From: Octopus vulgaris
Lineage: Eukaryota
DNA length: 64,000 nucleotides
Direction: 5' to 3'
NCBI GenBank assembly: GCA_951406725.2
Contig: OX597816.1
Coordinates: forward strand, 70,308,001 to 70,372,000
Shown here: positions 1 to 13,192 of the stretch, one piece after another
How positions within the stretch are numbered: position 1 is the first letter of the stretch
Layout of the letters: every line of letters begins with the position of its first letter
The notes under the pieces: generated by a model
Told to the model about the DNA's origin: nothing
Database searches by the model: none
Seen by the model: only the letters and a program-made list of their open reading frames with translations
Translations under genes and position numbers: made by a program

Positions 1-766
1 TAACAGCAGACAGTATTATTCACATTCAGCACTATTGACTATATAGAGCGTTATTCTTTTAATCTTGACTTCCTACGGAAACTTTCTGTACTGCATGAAA
101 GGGAGCGCAATGTCATTTGTAGACAAATATTTAGGCTATCATATTGGCTGTAATTGTAATTCCTTTTCGTTTTTGGACTAATTGTCATACGCAAAATAAA
201 AAGAAACCTATAAATTTGTTTTTGATTTTATTGTGCTCAGTTTGTCAAATATCAAAAACCTTAAAATACTTGCGGCGCTTATTCAATTATAAAGAGTAAA
301 TTGTATTATTGATATTAAACTTAATTCTATTGTTTTTGTCACACTTTACTAAAAAAAAACCTTGGTTTTCAGAATTTTCTTTCTTGAATACCAATATTGA
401 TTAGGAATCTTTAATCTTTATTATTTTTTTGTAAATGCACAAAGCACTTCACCTCGAAAAATTTGTATTTATGGAAAGGAAATTCAAATGCTTTATAAAT
501 AATTTATATACTTATTAAATAAATAAAAATAAACATGGATATCCATATCAATTCTTAAAATAATGAAAGTAAAATATATTCAATAATGAATATATTAGTA
601 TTGTATCATCGTGTCACGTTTTGAAAGTTTTGGAACCTATTATTTCAGCAGTTAATTAAGCAATAAAACGTAAACGTAAGTACAAAAGCAAATAAAATAT
701 ATATCCGTTCATTTCAAACACAAATGAAAAATATTTAATTATAAAAATATGTCATTTTATATTTTT

Positions 767-1174
767 AAACGCAGACGTTTTTTTTTTTTAAATCTAGAAT
801 TCAGCTGCAATGCTTCTAATTAGGTATTGATTGCCTGCTGTTCAGAATATTATACTAAGTGTTTTAAAACAACGAGCGTATTAAATTGATTTTAGGTACT
901 AAATTAGACATTCAGTATCTCAAGATACATACTGTATGTATGTATGTATCTTAAGATTAATATACATATCCATTCTTAAACGCAATTTTTTTTTCTTTTA
1001 ATCTAGAATTCAGCTGCAATGCTTCTAACCCTAATTAGTTCTGATTGTCTGCTGTTCAAGATATAATACTAAGTGTTTTAAAACAACGAACATAATAAAT
1101 TAATTTTAAGGTGCTACATTAGACATTGAATTTTTAAAATTTGCATTATCTTAAGATTAATAAACATATTCATT
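767..1174. repeat. Diverged direct tandem duplication, two units of about 200 bp
   Basis: AAACGCA..TCTAGAATTCAGCTGCAATGCTTCTAA..ACTAAGTGTTTTAAAACAACGA..ATCTTAAGATTAAT occurs at about 767-973 and again at about 978-1174. Confidence 0.85.
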
Positions 1175-1249
1175 ACACTTTTTTATGTAGATTCCGTTTA
1201 GTAGTTTAGAAGCTAAATACAAAAAAATTGCTGCTACACATATTTTTGT

Positions 1250-2455
1250 GCTTAATTAATAAATGGCTATTTACTTAATAGTTTAGAAGTTTATTGATGG
1301 AGTATACATTACATATTTATATTGCTTTAGAAATTTTACTGAACGATATTGCCCTCCGCGGTAGAATATATTTTTAGAGCTTCAGAGATATGATCGCTAG
1401 ATGGAAGATCCTCCGAAATTTCTTCTGGAGTTGATTAATTCATGATCTTCTGAATTAGAGTCCACATCAGTAACAACTTCACATATTTCCTACACTGCCA
1501 TTGTAGGTGTCAACTTTATTAGAAATCGGCGACCGATATTCATTCTCTCCTTTGTATGTAAAGTCTATGTTTTTACCAAGAGATTCATTTGTAATAAGTT
1601 CTAACTTCTTAACAGCAGTTTCTGCTCATGTTTTAGAACATCCATCTCTTTTAAAAGAATTCAGAATAGTCCTTTCTGAGATTTATTTCTATGAGACTAC
1701 TCGCATGTGCAATACAACAGGAAGAGAAATTTATCTGGCAATTGAGGTGGCATTAGATAAGCATTAAGGTAATTTAAATCTGATTCTTTCACGAATTTCT
1801 TTTCGATATAAACCTTTTCGATATATCACATTGTTCAATTAATAATGTAATTTTTTTTTAGCAAAAACAAGAAATTCTTCTATATTCTTTATTGTCAAAT
1901 TTTTTCTGCGCCGTACAAGTTGTCAACTAACACAACATTGTTTCCCTGAAATTCTAAATCCCACTTAAATAACATGCTGTTGTTAACAATAACTGTACTT
2001 CTCCATCCAGGACAGTAATGAAGAGGTAAACATCTGATATCCTTATGCTACCAAGGATTTTTAATTTTTCAGCCACAAATTTATATCTATGGCATGTTCA
2101 TTCTTAAACATTTAAATGCACGAGCATTATACGAATTAAATCCCTACTTTACTGTATTGTGAAATTTTGAGAATATTTAGCGATACATTTCTGTTCATTG
2201 TTTTAATACGCTCACCTTGTCATGGGTGTATTTATACACAGTACTTTCTCACATTTCCTCTTGTTAAACCATCCTTTTATTTGGTATGAAATCTTATTTA
2301 CTCATTTCTTTCCGGAACATTTGCTTTTTGACACACCAGTGATCTATTAATTAAATCATTTTTTTTTACAAATATTGGAAAATCAAATTTTCTATGTTGA
2401 CTCAAATTGATTTGCTTTATAACATATCGTATTCTCCTATGATTTTTCTCCATCA
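1250..2455 (-). pseudogene. Heavily decayed pogo/Tigger-like (CENP-B/DDE_1 type) transposase
   Basis: Broken minus-strand frames give FKWDLEFQGNNVVLVDN, TLLIEQCD, KGLYRKEIRERI and ISERTILNSFKRDG, in the order of the pogo LLVDN / QPCD / TIRNCF blocks, followed by an acidic tail. Many stops and frameshifts; termini not found. Confidence 0.5.
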
Positions 2456-3061
2456 CCGCTGATTTTTTTCTCTGTCAAAGCTGTTTTTAACCAAATACTA
2501 GCAAAATGGATGTAAATGCTTTAATGAATAGTCACAATGCGCCGGTTCATTTTGACTGACTTACCATAACACCGCAATATATCTGTACTTCATTTATGTC
2601 GATCATCATGATGAGCCGTCGTCCTTGAAACATCATCTTGTATTCAATAGTAAAAAATTATATAAAGCAATTTAAAATTCTGATTTCTTAATATGACATC
2701 TGTTACACGTCAGAATCAAAGCCACTACTGATGTTCCTACTTACCATCACTTCCGACCTTAAAAGAAGCTGATGAAGTGGAGGTGTATGGCTTTAAAAAT
2801 TATTCATTAATGAATACATTTTCCTTGAAAATTTTAAGAATTATATCCGAGGAGTTCATATTAACTCCACTGATCAGCATAACACACGAATGGTGTACCT
2901 TACACCGATTAACAGAACAAACATCTTATTTCTTATAGTCACGTGCTACAACTTAACACATCATTACTTCTACACCCGGTACGAATAAGCGAGTCCTCAC
3001 GAGCAGCATCACCATCTACATCATCACGGCAAATATCACGCAATATCCTTGAACACACACG

Positions 3062-3307
3062 CACAACACACACATACATACATACATACATACATACATA
3101 CATACATACATGCATGCATACATACATACATACATACATGCATGCATACATACATACATACATACATACATACATACATACATACATACATACATACGTA
3201 CGTACATACATACGTACATACATACATACATACATACATACATACATACATACATACATACATACATACATACATACATACATACATACATACATACATA
3301 CATACAC
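3062..3307. repeat. (TACA)n microsatellite
   Basis: Read directly; it accounts for the YVCM/HTYI pseudo-ORFs. Confidence 0.97.
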
Positions 3308-3424
3308 GCAGATTCGCACTTATGAGAAAATATTTCGACGAGATTCTTTCTCCACACGAGGAAGCCGGAAAGGGACGCGTGCACTACCGGCACCATAAAC
3401 TCTTTTCAGTTTTGGAATCAGATC

Positions 3425-3952
3425 AGTAATTGTGAGGGAGGGGGACAAGTAGATCAAGTTAACCCCAGTACTTGACTTGTACTTTATTTCATCGACCCCA
3501 AAAGGATGAAAAGCGAGCTTAATCTCGGTGATATTTTAATTCAAGACGTAAAAGCCGAGAGAAATGTTCAAATTCCACCGAGGTCAACTTTATTTTTCAT
3601 CGTTTTGGAGTCGAGGAAAAAGGGATCTTTTCACTGTTACCGGCAGAATTTGTATTCACCTCTATAGACGTTATTGATTGGTTGAAATTGCCGAAATGCA
3701 AGAAATTAAACAACAAATAGCTTACAAACTACAAAATTTTCTCAAGAACGCCAAGAGAAAAAGATGTTTTATGTAACACATTCTACCGGTATACGAAGTT
3801 TAAAAGTGTTTAGTTACAAAGAAATTATTTTTAAAATCTGCCGGTCAAAGCGAAAAGATCCGAAAAAAGTACTAGTTATACACTGGGGTTAATGTAATCG
3901 ACTAGCCCCTCCCCCAAAATTTCTGCCCTCGTGCCTATAGTAGAAGGATTAT
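3425..3952. mobile_element. Two degenerate SINE family A pieces with the A2 tail (minus about 3425-3560; plus about 3565-3952, interrupted by a MITE)
   Basis: Central motif CCGAGGTCAACTTT..TTCATC..GTCGA..AGTAC.AG and tail CCCCCAAAATTTC..GTGCCTATAGTAGAAGGATTATT. Confidence 0.7.
3623..3861. mobile_element. MITE with about 29-bp terminal inverted repeats (TIRs), GGATC termini, possibly Merlin-like
   Basis: GGATCTTTTCACTGTTACCGGCAGAATTT ... AAAATCTGCCGGTCAAAGCGAAAAGATCC, with similar GAAAAAG-type A-rich flanks on both sides. Splits a SINE. Confidence 0.75.
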
Positions 3953-4664
3953 TTAGTTCAAGGTTAATCCTGACTTAATGAAATCTGTTCCCGTTGTGAC
4001 CATCATGTTCTTATTCAGAGTCGATGCATCTAGAAAACATTATACAATGTGGCCTTCATTTGAAAGACGATAGGCTGTAATTCGAAAGAAATTTGATTAG
4101 TATTTCTAGCATTTGGAAGGACCAGGTGGAGACTACTTAAATAGTTCCTTTCCCAAATTATGTTATCAGAACTACATTGAGTGAAATACCCAATGGCGCC
4201 TTCTATATGTATGTTTAAGTGGGTTCTAACGTATTTAATGTAATGAACCAGGGAATTTTAATTGAAATTATATTCGTTGAGAGGAAACCGAGAGCGTAAA
4301 ACGTAGATTACTTGAAACAGCAGCCAATCAAAGGTGATTACGACAAAACTACGCATACAATTTAAAGATTATATCGGCAAAGAAGCTAGTCGAAGTTGTT
4401 TCAACATTTGTGTAATAAGTAAAACTTCATCTCGAGTAATTTGGAAACATAATAGTTAAAAATATTAGTACTCAGGGTATTACGTCAAGGCATGTATTTA
4501 TTTTACAGGTGTTGCCTACAAAATAACGAAACACTTAACACTTGAATGAAAGCAATACTGAATGAATGTATATGGGAAAGATAAAATTGTGCCTTCTCTC
4601 GAGAGTAATATAATACTCGAAACAATAAAAACGCAGTCATGTTGTTAGGGTTATTAGTATAAAC

Positions 4665-4771
4665 AATAATAATAATAATAATTATTATTATTATTATTAT
4701 TATTATAAATTATAAAAATGAATAAGAAGAAAAAGAAGAAGAATAGTGGCTGTTCACATTTCTTTTATTGA

Positions 4772-4839
<68 letters not shown>

Positions 4840-5062
4840 TTTTCAGTAAAAGAAATGTGAACTGTGACTATTATTATTATTATTATTATTAGTTGTAGTA
4901 GTAGTAGTAGTAGCAGCAGCAGCAGCAGTACTAGTAGTATTACTTCTACTACTACTATTACTACTACTAATACAATTACTATTACTGCTGATGCTACAAC
5001 TGTTACCGCTGTTGCTGCAACTACAACTACAAATACTAATAATGACAATATTATCATTATTA

Positions 5063-5097
<35 letters not shown>

Positions 5098-5205
5098 AAA
5101 TTATTATCAATATCATTATTGTCCTCATCATTATTATTATATTTTGTTCTTGACTTGGGTTTTGATGTTGTTCTTATGCTGTTGCTATTATTACCGTTAT
5201 TATAA
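4665..5205. repeat. Compound trinucleotide tract (AAT/ATT/GTA/CTA/GCA)
   Basis: Read directly; includes a (GTA)n to (CTA)n switch near 4805. Confidence 0.9.
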
Positions 5206-5545
5206 ATAATTTGCTTATCCATGTTAATTCTCTTGGTGTACTATTAAAAAAATATTCTTCCGAAAATATATAGCCTGTAAGAAAAATTAATAATTAGAAA
5301 TATCTGTTATAACTTTAGAAAAGAAAATACTATCAGACACCAAAGAAAGAATTATAAACAAGAAACTTCAAAGCAAATCGGAAAACGAATATTATTGCAT
5401 GGTTTCAGTTAACTTTGTAATCAACTGAAAAAAGAATTGTCTACGAGAAAAAGCAATTGCACTAATAAGAACGGTTACAGTAATATCATATATATATCCA
5501 TATTCACCCATATTCATATATATATATACATAATATTTATATATA

Positions 5546-6856
5546 TATATACATAAATGTGTAATGCTGTCTGTCTGTCCGTGTGTTTTGGGGTTACTCT
5601 AACTGCTCCCACACCGTCCAACCGATGTTAATAATTTTGGGCACATTCGTAGATCACATGCCCTGAAGTTCATATAAGGCCGGAAATTTTTGAAAACTCG
5701 ATAATCCTCAGTTGGCATCGCTTTTTGTGAGTTCAATCGAGCATTTGAATTGTAATTCCCATAACGATGTTATTTTTCCTGCAGCTTTTGCAATTTTTGT
5801 CCGATTTTGATGAAAATCGATTATGGCAGTAAGTTGATGTCAGTATATGGCGTTGGCAAAAATCTATAATTGCGCCTGAGCAGTGCTTTTATAAAATCAA
5901 TAGGGTATTTGCGTGCAAATACTCATAGGGATTATATTTTTGCCGTAACTTTTATATTTTTATCGGATTTTAATGAAATTTGAGACGTAGGTAAATTTTG
6001 TGGTGGGGGAAGGGGTAAAGGTGTTTATTTAATTCAAAATGGCTTGAGAAGGGCACAAGTGCAAATAAGCATTTCCTTAGAGACATTCTTATTGATTTTG
6101 TAGAAATTTTACACGTGATTACAGTTCATGTTCATAAGTTGATGCCAGCATGAAGAGTTGACAAAAAATTAATAATTGCGCGTGAGCGAGGGATTTTAAG
6201 AAATCAATAGGCTTTTTGTATGCAATTACCCATAGGATTAATATTTTATGCTGTAACATTTACAGAATTTATCCGATTTTGATGAAATTTGACATTTATG
6301 TAAAGTTTTGTGGTTGGAGTCATGTAGTAGAATAAAAATTAAAGTGGTGAAAGGCAGAAATCGTCAAAATTCACTCACAATAAAATAATGTACTTATTTT
6401 GAAGAAAATTGACCGATGAGTAAAATGAAGCACTTCGACATATGAAACATCGATTATTCATATAATGTATTGGGATTTAAAAATCAATGGGATATTTTCA
6501 TGTAAATGGTCACATGGATTCTATTTTATGACATACTCTTAACACTTTTCTTGAGATTTTGCTGAGATGGATCACGCTGATCAATTTTGTACAGAGGGTG
6601 GCACTAAGTGGAGAGAAATACACAAACATCGCTCTCAACCGGTCGAGGTACACCTAAAAGTTTGACTGCGTTTTCAGACGTTCCAGTATCTTGGAGTATG
6701 TCGAAAGCGTTAACCAGGTAAAATCCCTGCCGAACCAGATATAACATCTCAATGGGTAATAGTTGACACGGGGAACGTAGAAGATTTCAATTCCAGTTCA
6801 GAGGTGGGCTTAACTTCAACACGGAAAACACGAGCAACGCCAGGTCCAACAGCTAG
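5546..6856 (+). mobile_element. Non-autonomous Helitron-like element, copy 1, with internal diverged subrepeats of about 300 bp
   Basis: 5' TATATACATAAATGTGTAATG followed by short (CTGT)n; 3' CACGAGCAACGCCAGGTCCAACAGCTAG|T (CTAG end after a GC-rich subterminal block). AAATCAAT.GG..TTT..TG.AA blocks recur near 5894, 6201 and 6481. Confidence 0.7.
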
Positions 6857-7224
6857 TATATACATAAATGTGTAATGATATCTGACTGTGTGTGTGTTTG
6901 TGGCTACTCTAACTCCTCCCACACCGTCCAACCGATTTTAATGAATTTTGGCACATATGTAGATCACATGCCCTGAAGTTCAAATAAGGCCGGGATTTTT
7001 CAAAAACTCGATAATCCTCGGTTGGCATTGACTTTTGTGAGCTCAATGTGAATGGAAATTCACATAACGATGTTATTTTTCCTGCAAGTTTTGCATTTTT
7101 TGACTTGTAAAATTTTAACAAAATCGAAAGAATAGTCTCTAAGGAAATGCTTATTCAATATAAGGTCAGTGATGGGCTTAACTTCAACACGGAAAACATG
7201 AGTAACGCCGGGTCCAACAGCTAG
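6857..7224 (+). mobile_element. Non-autonomous Helitron-like element, copy 2 (internally deleted, head-to-tail with copy 1)
   Basis: Repeats the first ~235 bp and last ~60 bp of copy 1, ending GGTCCAACAGCTAG|T. Confidence 0.72.
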
Positions 7225-7227
7225 TAA

Positions 7228-7275
<48 letters not shown>

Positions 7276-7669
7276 GAATACATATAGACGAATACAAGTG
7301 GTGTAGACAACAAATAGATGTATTAGCTTAACGCTAGTGAAGTAAAAAAGTATTTTTCGAGCCTACGCTCTTCCACAGAAAGGAACACAAGGAGAGAAAA
7401 TAAAGAATGTGCAGTGGCTATATATATATATATTATAAAATGCCTCTAATGACATTATGTAATCGGTAGGTACAATACGTGAAATATGATGTTTTAGAGC
7501 CTAGCTACGAATGGCTATAAGTGGTTCCCCATTGAGCTGGTGGATATATATAAAAAGGAAATATTGAATAAGCAAAACGTGGTGTCATTTTAGAGCATGT
7601 AATTTATAATTCAAACATACTTGTAGAGTGGTTCGGGTAAATTAGGAATTAAGAAGCTGTACCTAAAGT

Positions 7670-7752
7670 CTCTTACAGATTTTTGCAGAATAGTTGTGCA
7701 TATCATGCATATCGTGCATATTTCATTTGGCAACTAAACCGTTCTCAGAGAG
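7670..7752 (-). ncRNA. Decayed type I hammerhead-like motif
   Basis: Minus strand: ctct-CTGAGAA-(cggtttagttg...caactattctg)-CAAAA-ATCT-GTA-agag. Stems I and II pair; the core carries several substitutions relative to CTGANGA/GAAAC-AGCT-GTA. Confidence 0.4.
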
Positions 7753-8238
7753 GAAGGATTAAGGGATATGCTTAATAAAGGATATTTGTGGTTACCAGTT
7801 CCATCGTCTCACAATTAAAGAATATTTCTAGGAATAGATATGGACAGTTACTAGTTCTATCCTCGAAGAGAGAGGGTGAGGTCAATTATGAGCGGAAGTC
7901 CTTTGGGGAATACAGGACTGTATAAAAGAAAGATTGATTCATGAATGCTTGGGAGAAAATAGAGGCGGGCTGTCTAGTATGAGGAAGACATATATAACTG
8001 AAGTGTTAGAGGGATATGTGTGTGTGTATGGGTGTGCAAACACAAATCTGTGTATTTACACACACTCATATATATACACACACAAAACTACATACTTACA
8101 TATGAACACAAGTGCATATATGTATGTGTGTGTGTGTACATCCAAACACAGACACATATATATATACAGAGGAACAGGGGATATTAAAAATAAGTAAGGA
8201 AGGGGACATTCACTGGTAAGGTATGAAGATCATATGTA

Positions 8239-8794
8239 TTGGGTTGTCCGGAAAGTTCATGCCGATTTACCTTTCGACTTATTTTAGAAAATGATTGAGT
8301 CCATAAAATAGGATTTGACTCCACCTCCATTTATAGCACAGTTTAAGCTATCTTTTTGTAGAAGAAGGTTTATGTTCTTATAACCTGTGTTAATTCTGTA
8401 ACACTTTATATAGAAGATATGAAAGTTCATTTGCGGCACTTGATGCTTTGGGGACCAGAAAAAAAATTGCTGCAGCTCGGCTGGGATGTGTTACCCCACC
8501 CTCCATATTCACCAGATATTGCTCCTTCGGATTTCGACTTATTCAGGTCTCTGCAGAATAGTCTTAACGGTAAAAATTTCAATTCCTTGGATGACGTAAA
8601 AAGATACCTTGATGAACTCTTTGCCATGAAACTACCTCAATTCTAGGAAGAGGGTATTTTCAAGTTAAAGGAAAGATGGAGACTCATTGTGCAACAAAAT
8701 GGTTCATATTTGGTTGATTAAAAATGTAATGGCAACAATTTATTGACCTTTTTCGTTCCTTTAAAAATCGGCACGAACTTTCCGGACAACCCAA
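8239..8794 (+). mobile_element. Internally deleted mariner element
   Basis: TIRs TTGGGTTGTCCGGAAAGTTCATGCCGATTT / AAATCGGCACGAACTTTCCGGACAACCCAA flanked by TA; transposase C-terminus WDVLPHPPYSPDIAPSDFDLF in ORF 8419-8646. Confidence 0.95.
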
Positions 8795-10087
8795 TATAAT
8801 GGCAAAATTTCAGTTGCAGTGTGAGTTAGTATGAGCAGACAGTCAAAGGGGATGGGGTAGTATTCGAGTTTTGTAAACAAGATACAGAAAGTCTTCAGTC
8901 AATAGCAGTGTAGCATAGTGTGTGGTGAGGAAGGAGTTACACTGAGTAGTTAGAGGAGGCTATAGAGTAGAGAGGTGAGGAGATCAAGGATTAACTTCAA
9001 CGTGTTATAATGGTGTCAGCTATAAAAAAATCTAAAGATATTATCGAAATATTATTGAAAGTTTAAGTTTTTTGGGAGTGAATAAAATATTAAGTTATCA
9101 CTGGATTCGAATAAAGTGAAGTATAACGTATTAAGATAAATACATTAAGGCAAATAAATACATTAAATAAACATATTAAAGTAAATATATTAATTTAACT
9201 AGTGTTTTATTTAAATAAGTGATATATAAAGTATAAGCTAGGTGAGGAGTGAAAATATTATAACTGGTTGCTATAGGAATTAAGTGTTATATAACGAGTT
9301 AACACAGGAGAATAAAATGAAATAAGATAAGGTAAATATACTAATTTAATTAAATTAGCTTCTGCCATCTTTCAACTACGTTTCAGTGAAAGTAATGTGC
9401 CAGAGAGTTATACAGAATAACTTGTCTTGCTACATTTAGATTTGTGGCAAAATAAAAATGTTTTAAAGAATAAGAACATTTCATCTTCTCGTTTGATTAA
9501 AATAATTATGACGTCATCTCTATCCTACTAGAATTTGGCTGCCATTTCAAGCAGCTGAAGCGACTACATAGTGAATCCCTTGTTGGGGCTGGAATGATCA
9601 GAAAACTTTTCACTCTTAAGCACATCATGTTTGAGATATGTACCTCCTTCTCATACCTTTTACGTTTTGGTTGTTTCAGTTATGCGGTTGTGCCCATGCT
9701 GGGGCAACGTCTTGAAGGTTTTAGTAAAAAAAATAGATCCCAATATTATTTCCAAGTCTGACACTCGTTTCTGACTATCTCTCTCGCCGAAACTCTAAGT
9801 TATGGGGATGTAAATAAACCAACACCAGTTGTCAGAGGGAAGTGGGTAACAGTCACACACAAATGCGGTATTTTCCAAGTAGTTGTTATCGCTGAAATAC
9901 CAGCATCAAATTGTGAAACCACGTGACCTTTCTCCACTAATTGCAGCCCATCCATCGGTAAGTACATTTGACTTTCTCCAACTGATTTCTTATTCAAATT
10001 TCCAGTGGCCGGCGATTAGTACCATCTAGTGCTTTGAAAATTGAAGTACCACAGAATTTGAATTAGACTATTTTGATCCATACACAG

Positions 10088-10420
<333 letters not shown>

Positions 10421-11912
10421 CAGCCTTGGCCAAAAGTATCAGGCCACCCCAATGTTTTGGGGTTCTGCTGTCTCAATATTAATGCAATTCGAGCACATGG
10501 TAGATTATGGTATATTTCACAATATACATTAGTTTTAATATTTGGTTGACACTCCTTTAGCATCAATTACCGCTTTTATACTGTACTGGACATATGCAAC
10601 CAATTATGAGTAAGACCAACGTTCAAAATTAACTTATGCTTCCTTGATTATTTCAGAGTTTTACGCTAAAATACGTTGTCGATATTGTTAATAAACAGTA
10701 AAATCCCTAAATCAAGGAAGTTGAGTGAGTGTGAACCAGATCGAAACGTAGCCGATTATGAAGATGGAATATCTCAAAGGCAAATCGCTCAGAAGATGAA
10801 ATGTTCTCGATGTGCAGTGGAAACGACTCTCAAGCGCTTCAGAGAGACAAAAGATGCGAAGACAATACAAAGAACAGGTATAAAAAAGGTTACATCACCT
10901 CGAGATGATAGATCCATCTTCCGTCAGTCGCTCAGAAACAGGAGAAAAATATCGTCAGAGCTCTGTGTGAACTTCAACAAGGCAAGTACTTCACAAATAT
11001 CAACCAGATCTGTTAGAAGTCTTTCTAGAGTACAGTTGTAAAGGCTGTAAAGCCAGGAAGAAGCCATGGGTTTCTGAAGAGAATATGGAAAAACGTTTTC
11101 AGTGGACCAAAAACCACTCAAATTGGACCAGTGAGCAATGGTCGAAAGTCATGTGGCCTGATGAATGTAACTATGAGGTAAGCTAGTACATGTATTCAAT
11201 CAACAAATAAACTTAATGTAACTGGTTTCTTGCCCAAAATATATTAAAAAAGTATCCAACATATATCATTTCCTGTTTTTACTCGGGTAAGCATTTAAGG
11301 CTGAATGTCTGGTACCAACCGTAAAATATGGGGGTGGTCCTATCATGGTGTGGGTCTGCACGTATGCCACAGGCCCGGAGAAATATTTTATGTCAAGGAA
11401 GGATGAATTCAGCTACCTATGTTTATATGTTATCGGATGTTTTAGAGCCATCAAGTGCTAAATTGCATCCAGGAGTGTCGAAAAACAGTGTTATTTTTCA
11501 ACAGGACAACGCTCAATGTCATACAGCAAAGAATACTCGTCAATGGTTTGAGACACAGGGTATTATTCCCATGGACTGGTCAGCTCAAAGCCTCGATCTA
11601 AATCCAATCCAACATCTATGGGGAACTCTTGATGAAGCTATCAGGAACACAGCAATTAAAAATAAAGAATATTTATACCAAAAGTTGAAAGAAGAATGGA
11701 GTAAAATTGCGCCTAGCACCTGCAAGAAACTAGTTGAATCAATACCTAACCGTATAAAAGCGGTAACTGATGGTAAAGGATGGTCAACTAGATATTAAAA
11801 CTAACGTATATTGTGAAATAGACCATAATCTACCATGTGCACGAGTTTCATTAACATTGAGACAGCAGAACCTCAAAACATTGAGGTGGCCTAATACTTT
11901 TGGTCAAGGCTA
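10421..11912 (+). mobile_element. Full-length Tc1-family transposon with long TIRs (about 160 bp) and a disrupted transposase
   Basis: TA|CAGCCTTGGCCAAAAGTATCAGGCCACC ... GGTGGCCTAATACTTTTGGTCAAGGCTA|TA; HTH GISQRQIAQKMKCSRCAV; catalytic blocks WPDE, FQQDNAQCH and SLDLNPIQHLW; ends KGWSTRY* at 11798. Confidence 0.95.
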
Positions 11913-11916
11913 TATA

Positions 11917-12058
11917 TAAGTGGCTTGCTTACCAAAGACACGGTTCTGGGTTCAATTTCACTGCGTGGCATCTTGTGCAACTGTCTTCTATTATAGCCTC
12001 GAGCCGACCAAAAGCCTTGTGAGTGGATTTGGTAGATGGAAACAGAAAGAAGCCTGTC

Positions 12059-12129
<71 letters not shown>

Positions 12130-12410
12130 TGTATGTATGTATTTATGCATGTAGGTATGTAGGTATGTATTTATGCATGTATGTTTGCGTTCCTGTGTTT
12201 GTCCTCCCTCCATCGCTTGATAACAGATGTTGTGTGTGTTTACGTCACCGTAACTTAGCAGTTCAACAAGAAAAGACCGATAGAATGAGTACTCGGCTTA
12301 CAATGAATAAGCTCTGAGGTCGATTTGTTCGATTAAAGGTGGTGCTCCAGCATGGCTGCAGTCAAATGACTGAAATAAATAAGAGAATAAAAGAATAAAA
12401 GAATAAAAGA
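11917..12410 (+). mobile_element. SINE family B (tRNA-derived, internal microsatellite), 5' clipped
   Basis: B-box GGTTCAATTTC, core GGATTTGGTAGATGGAAAC.GAAAGAAGCC, internal (TA)n, tail CAGCATGGCTGCAGTCAAATGACTGAAA then (GAATAAAA)n. Confidence 0.88.
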
Positions 12411-12988
12411 ATGTGTGTGTGTGTGTGTTTGTAGAAAATACGTAAATAACTCCCAACGGAAATTGAAACTGCATCACGACATCGCTTCCCTGGAAACACG
12501 TGGTATCCTTTATTATGTCTAATATACAGCTTGAGTTCAAATCTCCAAGAGGTTCGAGCAGTGTGTAATGAAACAGAATAATTCATTGAATCTCGAGCTA
12601 ATATTTATTTACGACGCCATTTCAGAGACGTTTCTGAACGTTAGCGAATGACAGTAATTGGGCAAAACGTGATTCGTAATTGCCATAACTGATAAATGAC
12701 ATCATCGTTGATATTCTGAAATATTCATTTCTCAGTACAATAGACAACTAGATTTGTTAAATAATATGAAGACCAATTTTGTATGTGTATGGATGTATGT
12801 GTATTAATCCGCTTTAACTTGCTGACTGACCTTTCACGGTTAGATAGTAAACTTTTTTTAGACAGCTCTATGAAGACCTGGGAACGTATTGTAAACGTTA
12901 TACATGAATATGTGCGTATGTATTTTCGTATATATTAACATATATATATGTATGTGCATATGCATGCGTGTATATATGTTTGTGTATG

Positions 12989-13023
<35 letters not shown>

Positions 13024-13027
<4 letters not shown>

Positions 13028-13192
13028 CTTTACTCCCCACAAGGGGCCAAGCACGGAGGGGACAAACAAGGACAGACAAACGGATTAAGTCGATTATATC
13101 AACCCCACTGTGTAACTGGTAATTATTTAATCGACCCCGAAACGATGAAAGGCAAAGTCGACCTCGGCGGAATTTGAACCCAGAACGTAACG
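13024..13192 (-). mobile_element. SINE family A, headless A1 unit
   Basis: Matches the body and tail of the copies at 15629 and 18117; lacks the A-box head. Confidence 0.85.

Noticed and set aside
1507-1767. 86-aa plus-strand ORF
   Set aside because: Lies antisense to the decayed pogo-like transposase and has no motif of its own.
3960-4140. Old dispersed repeat with a GATTTGGCTGCTATTTCTAGC-like motif (also about 14600-14810, 16875-17030, 17840-18000, 57625-57815)
   Set aside because: Probably real, but too diverged to set boundaries or class by eye.
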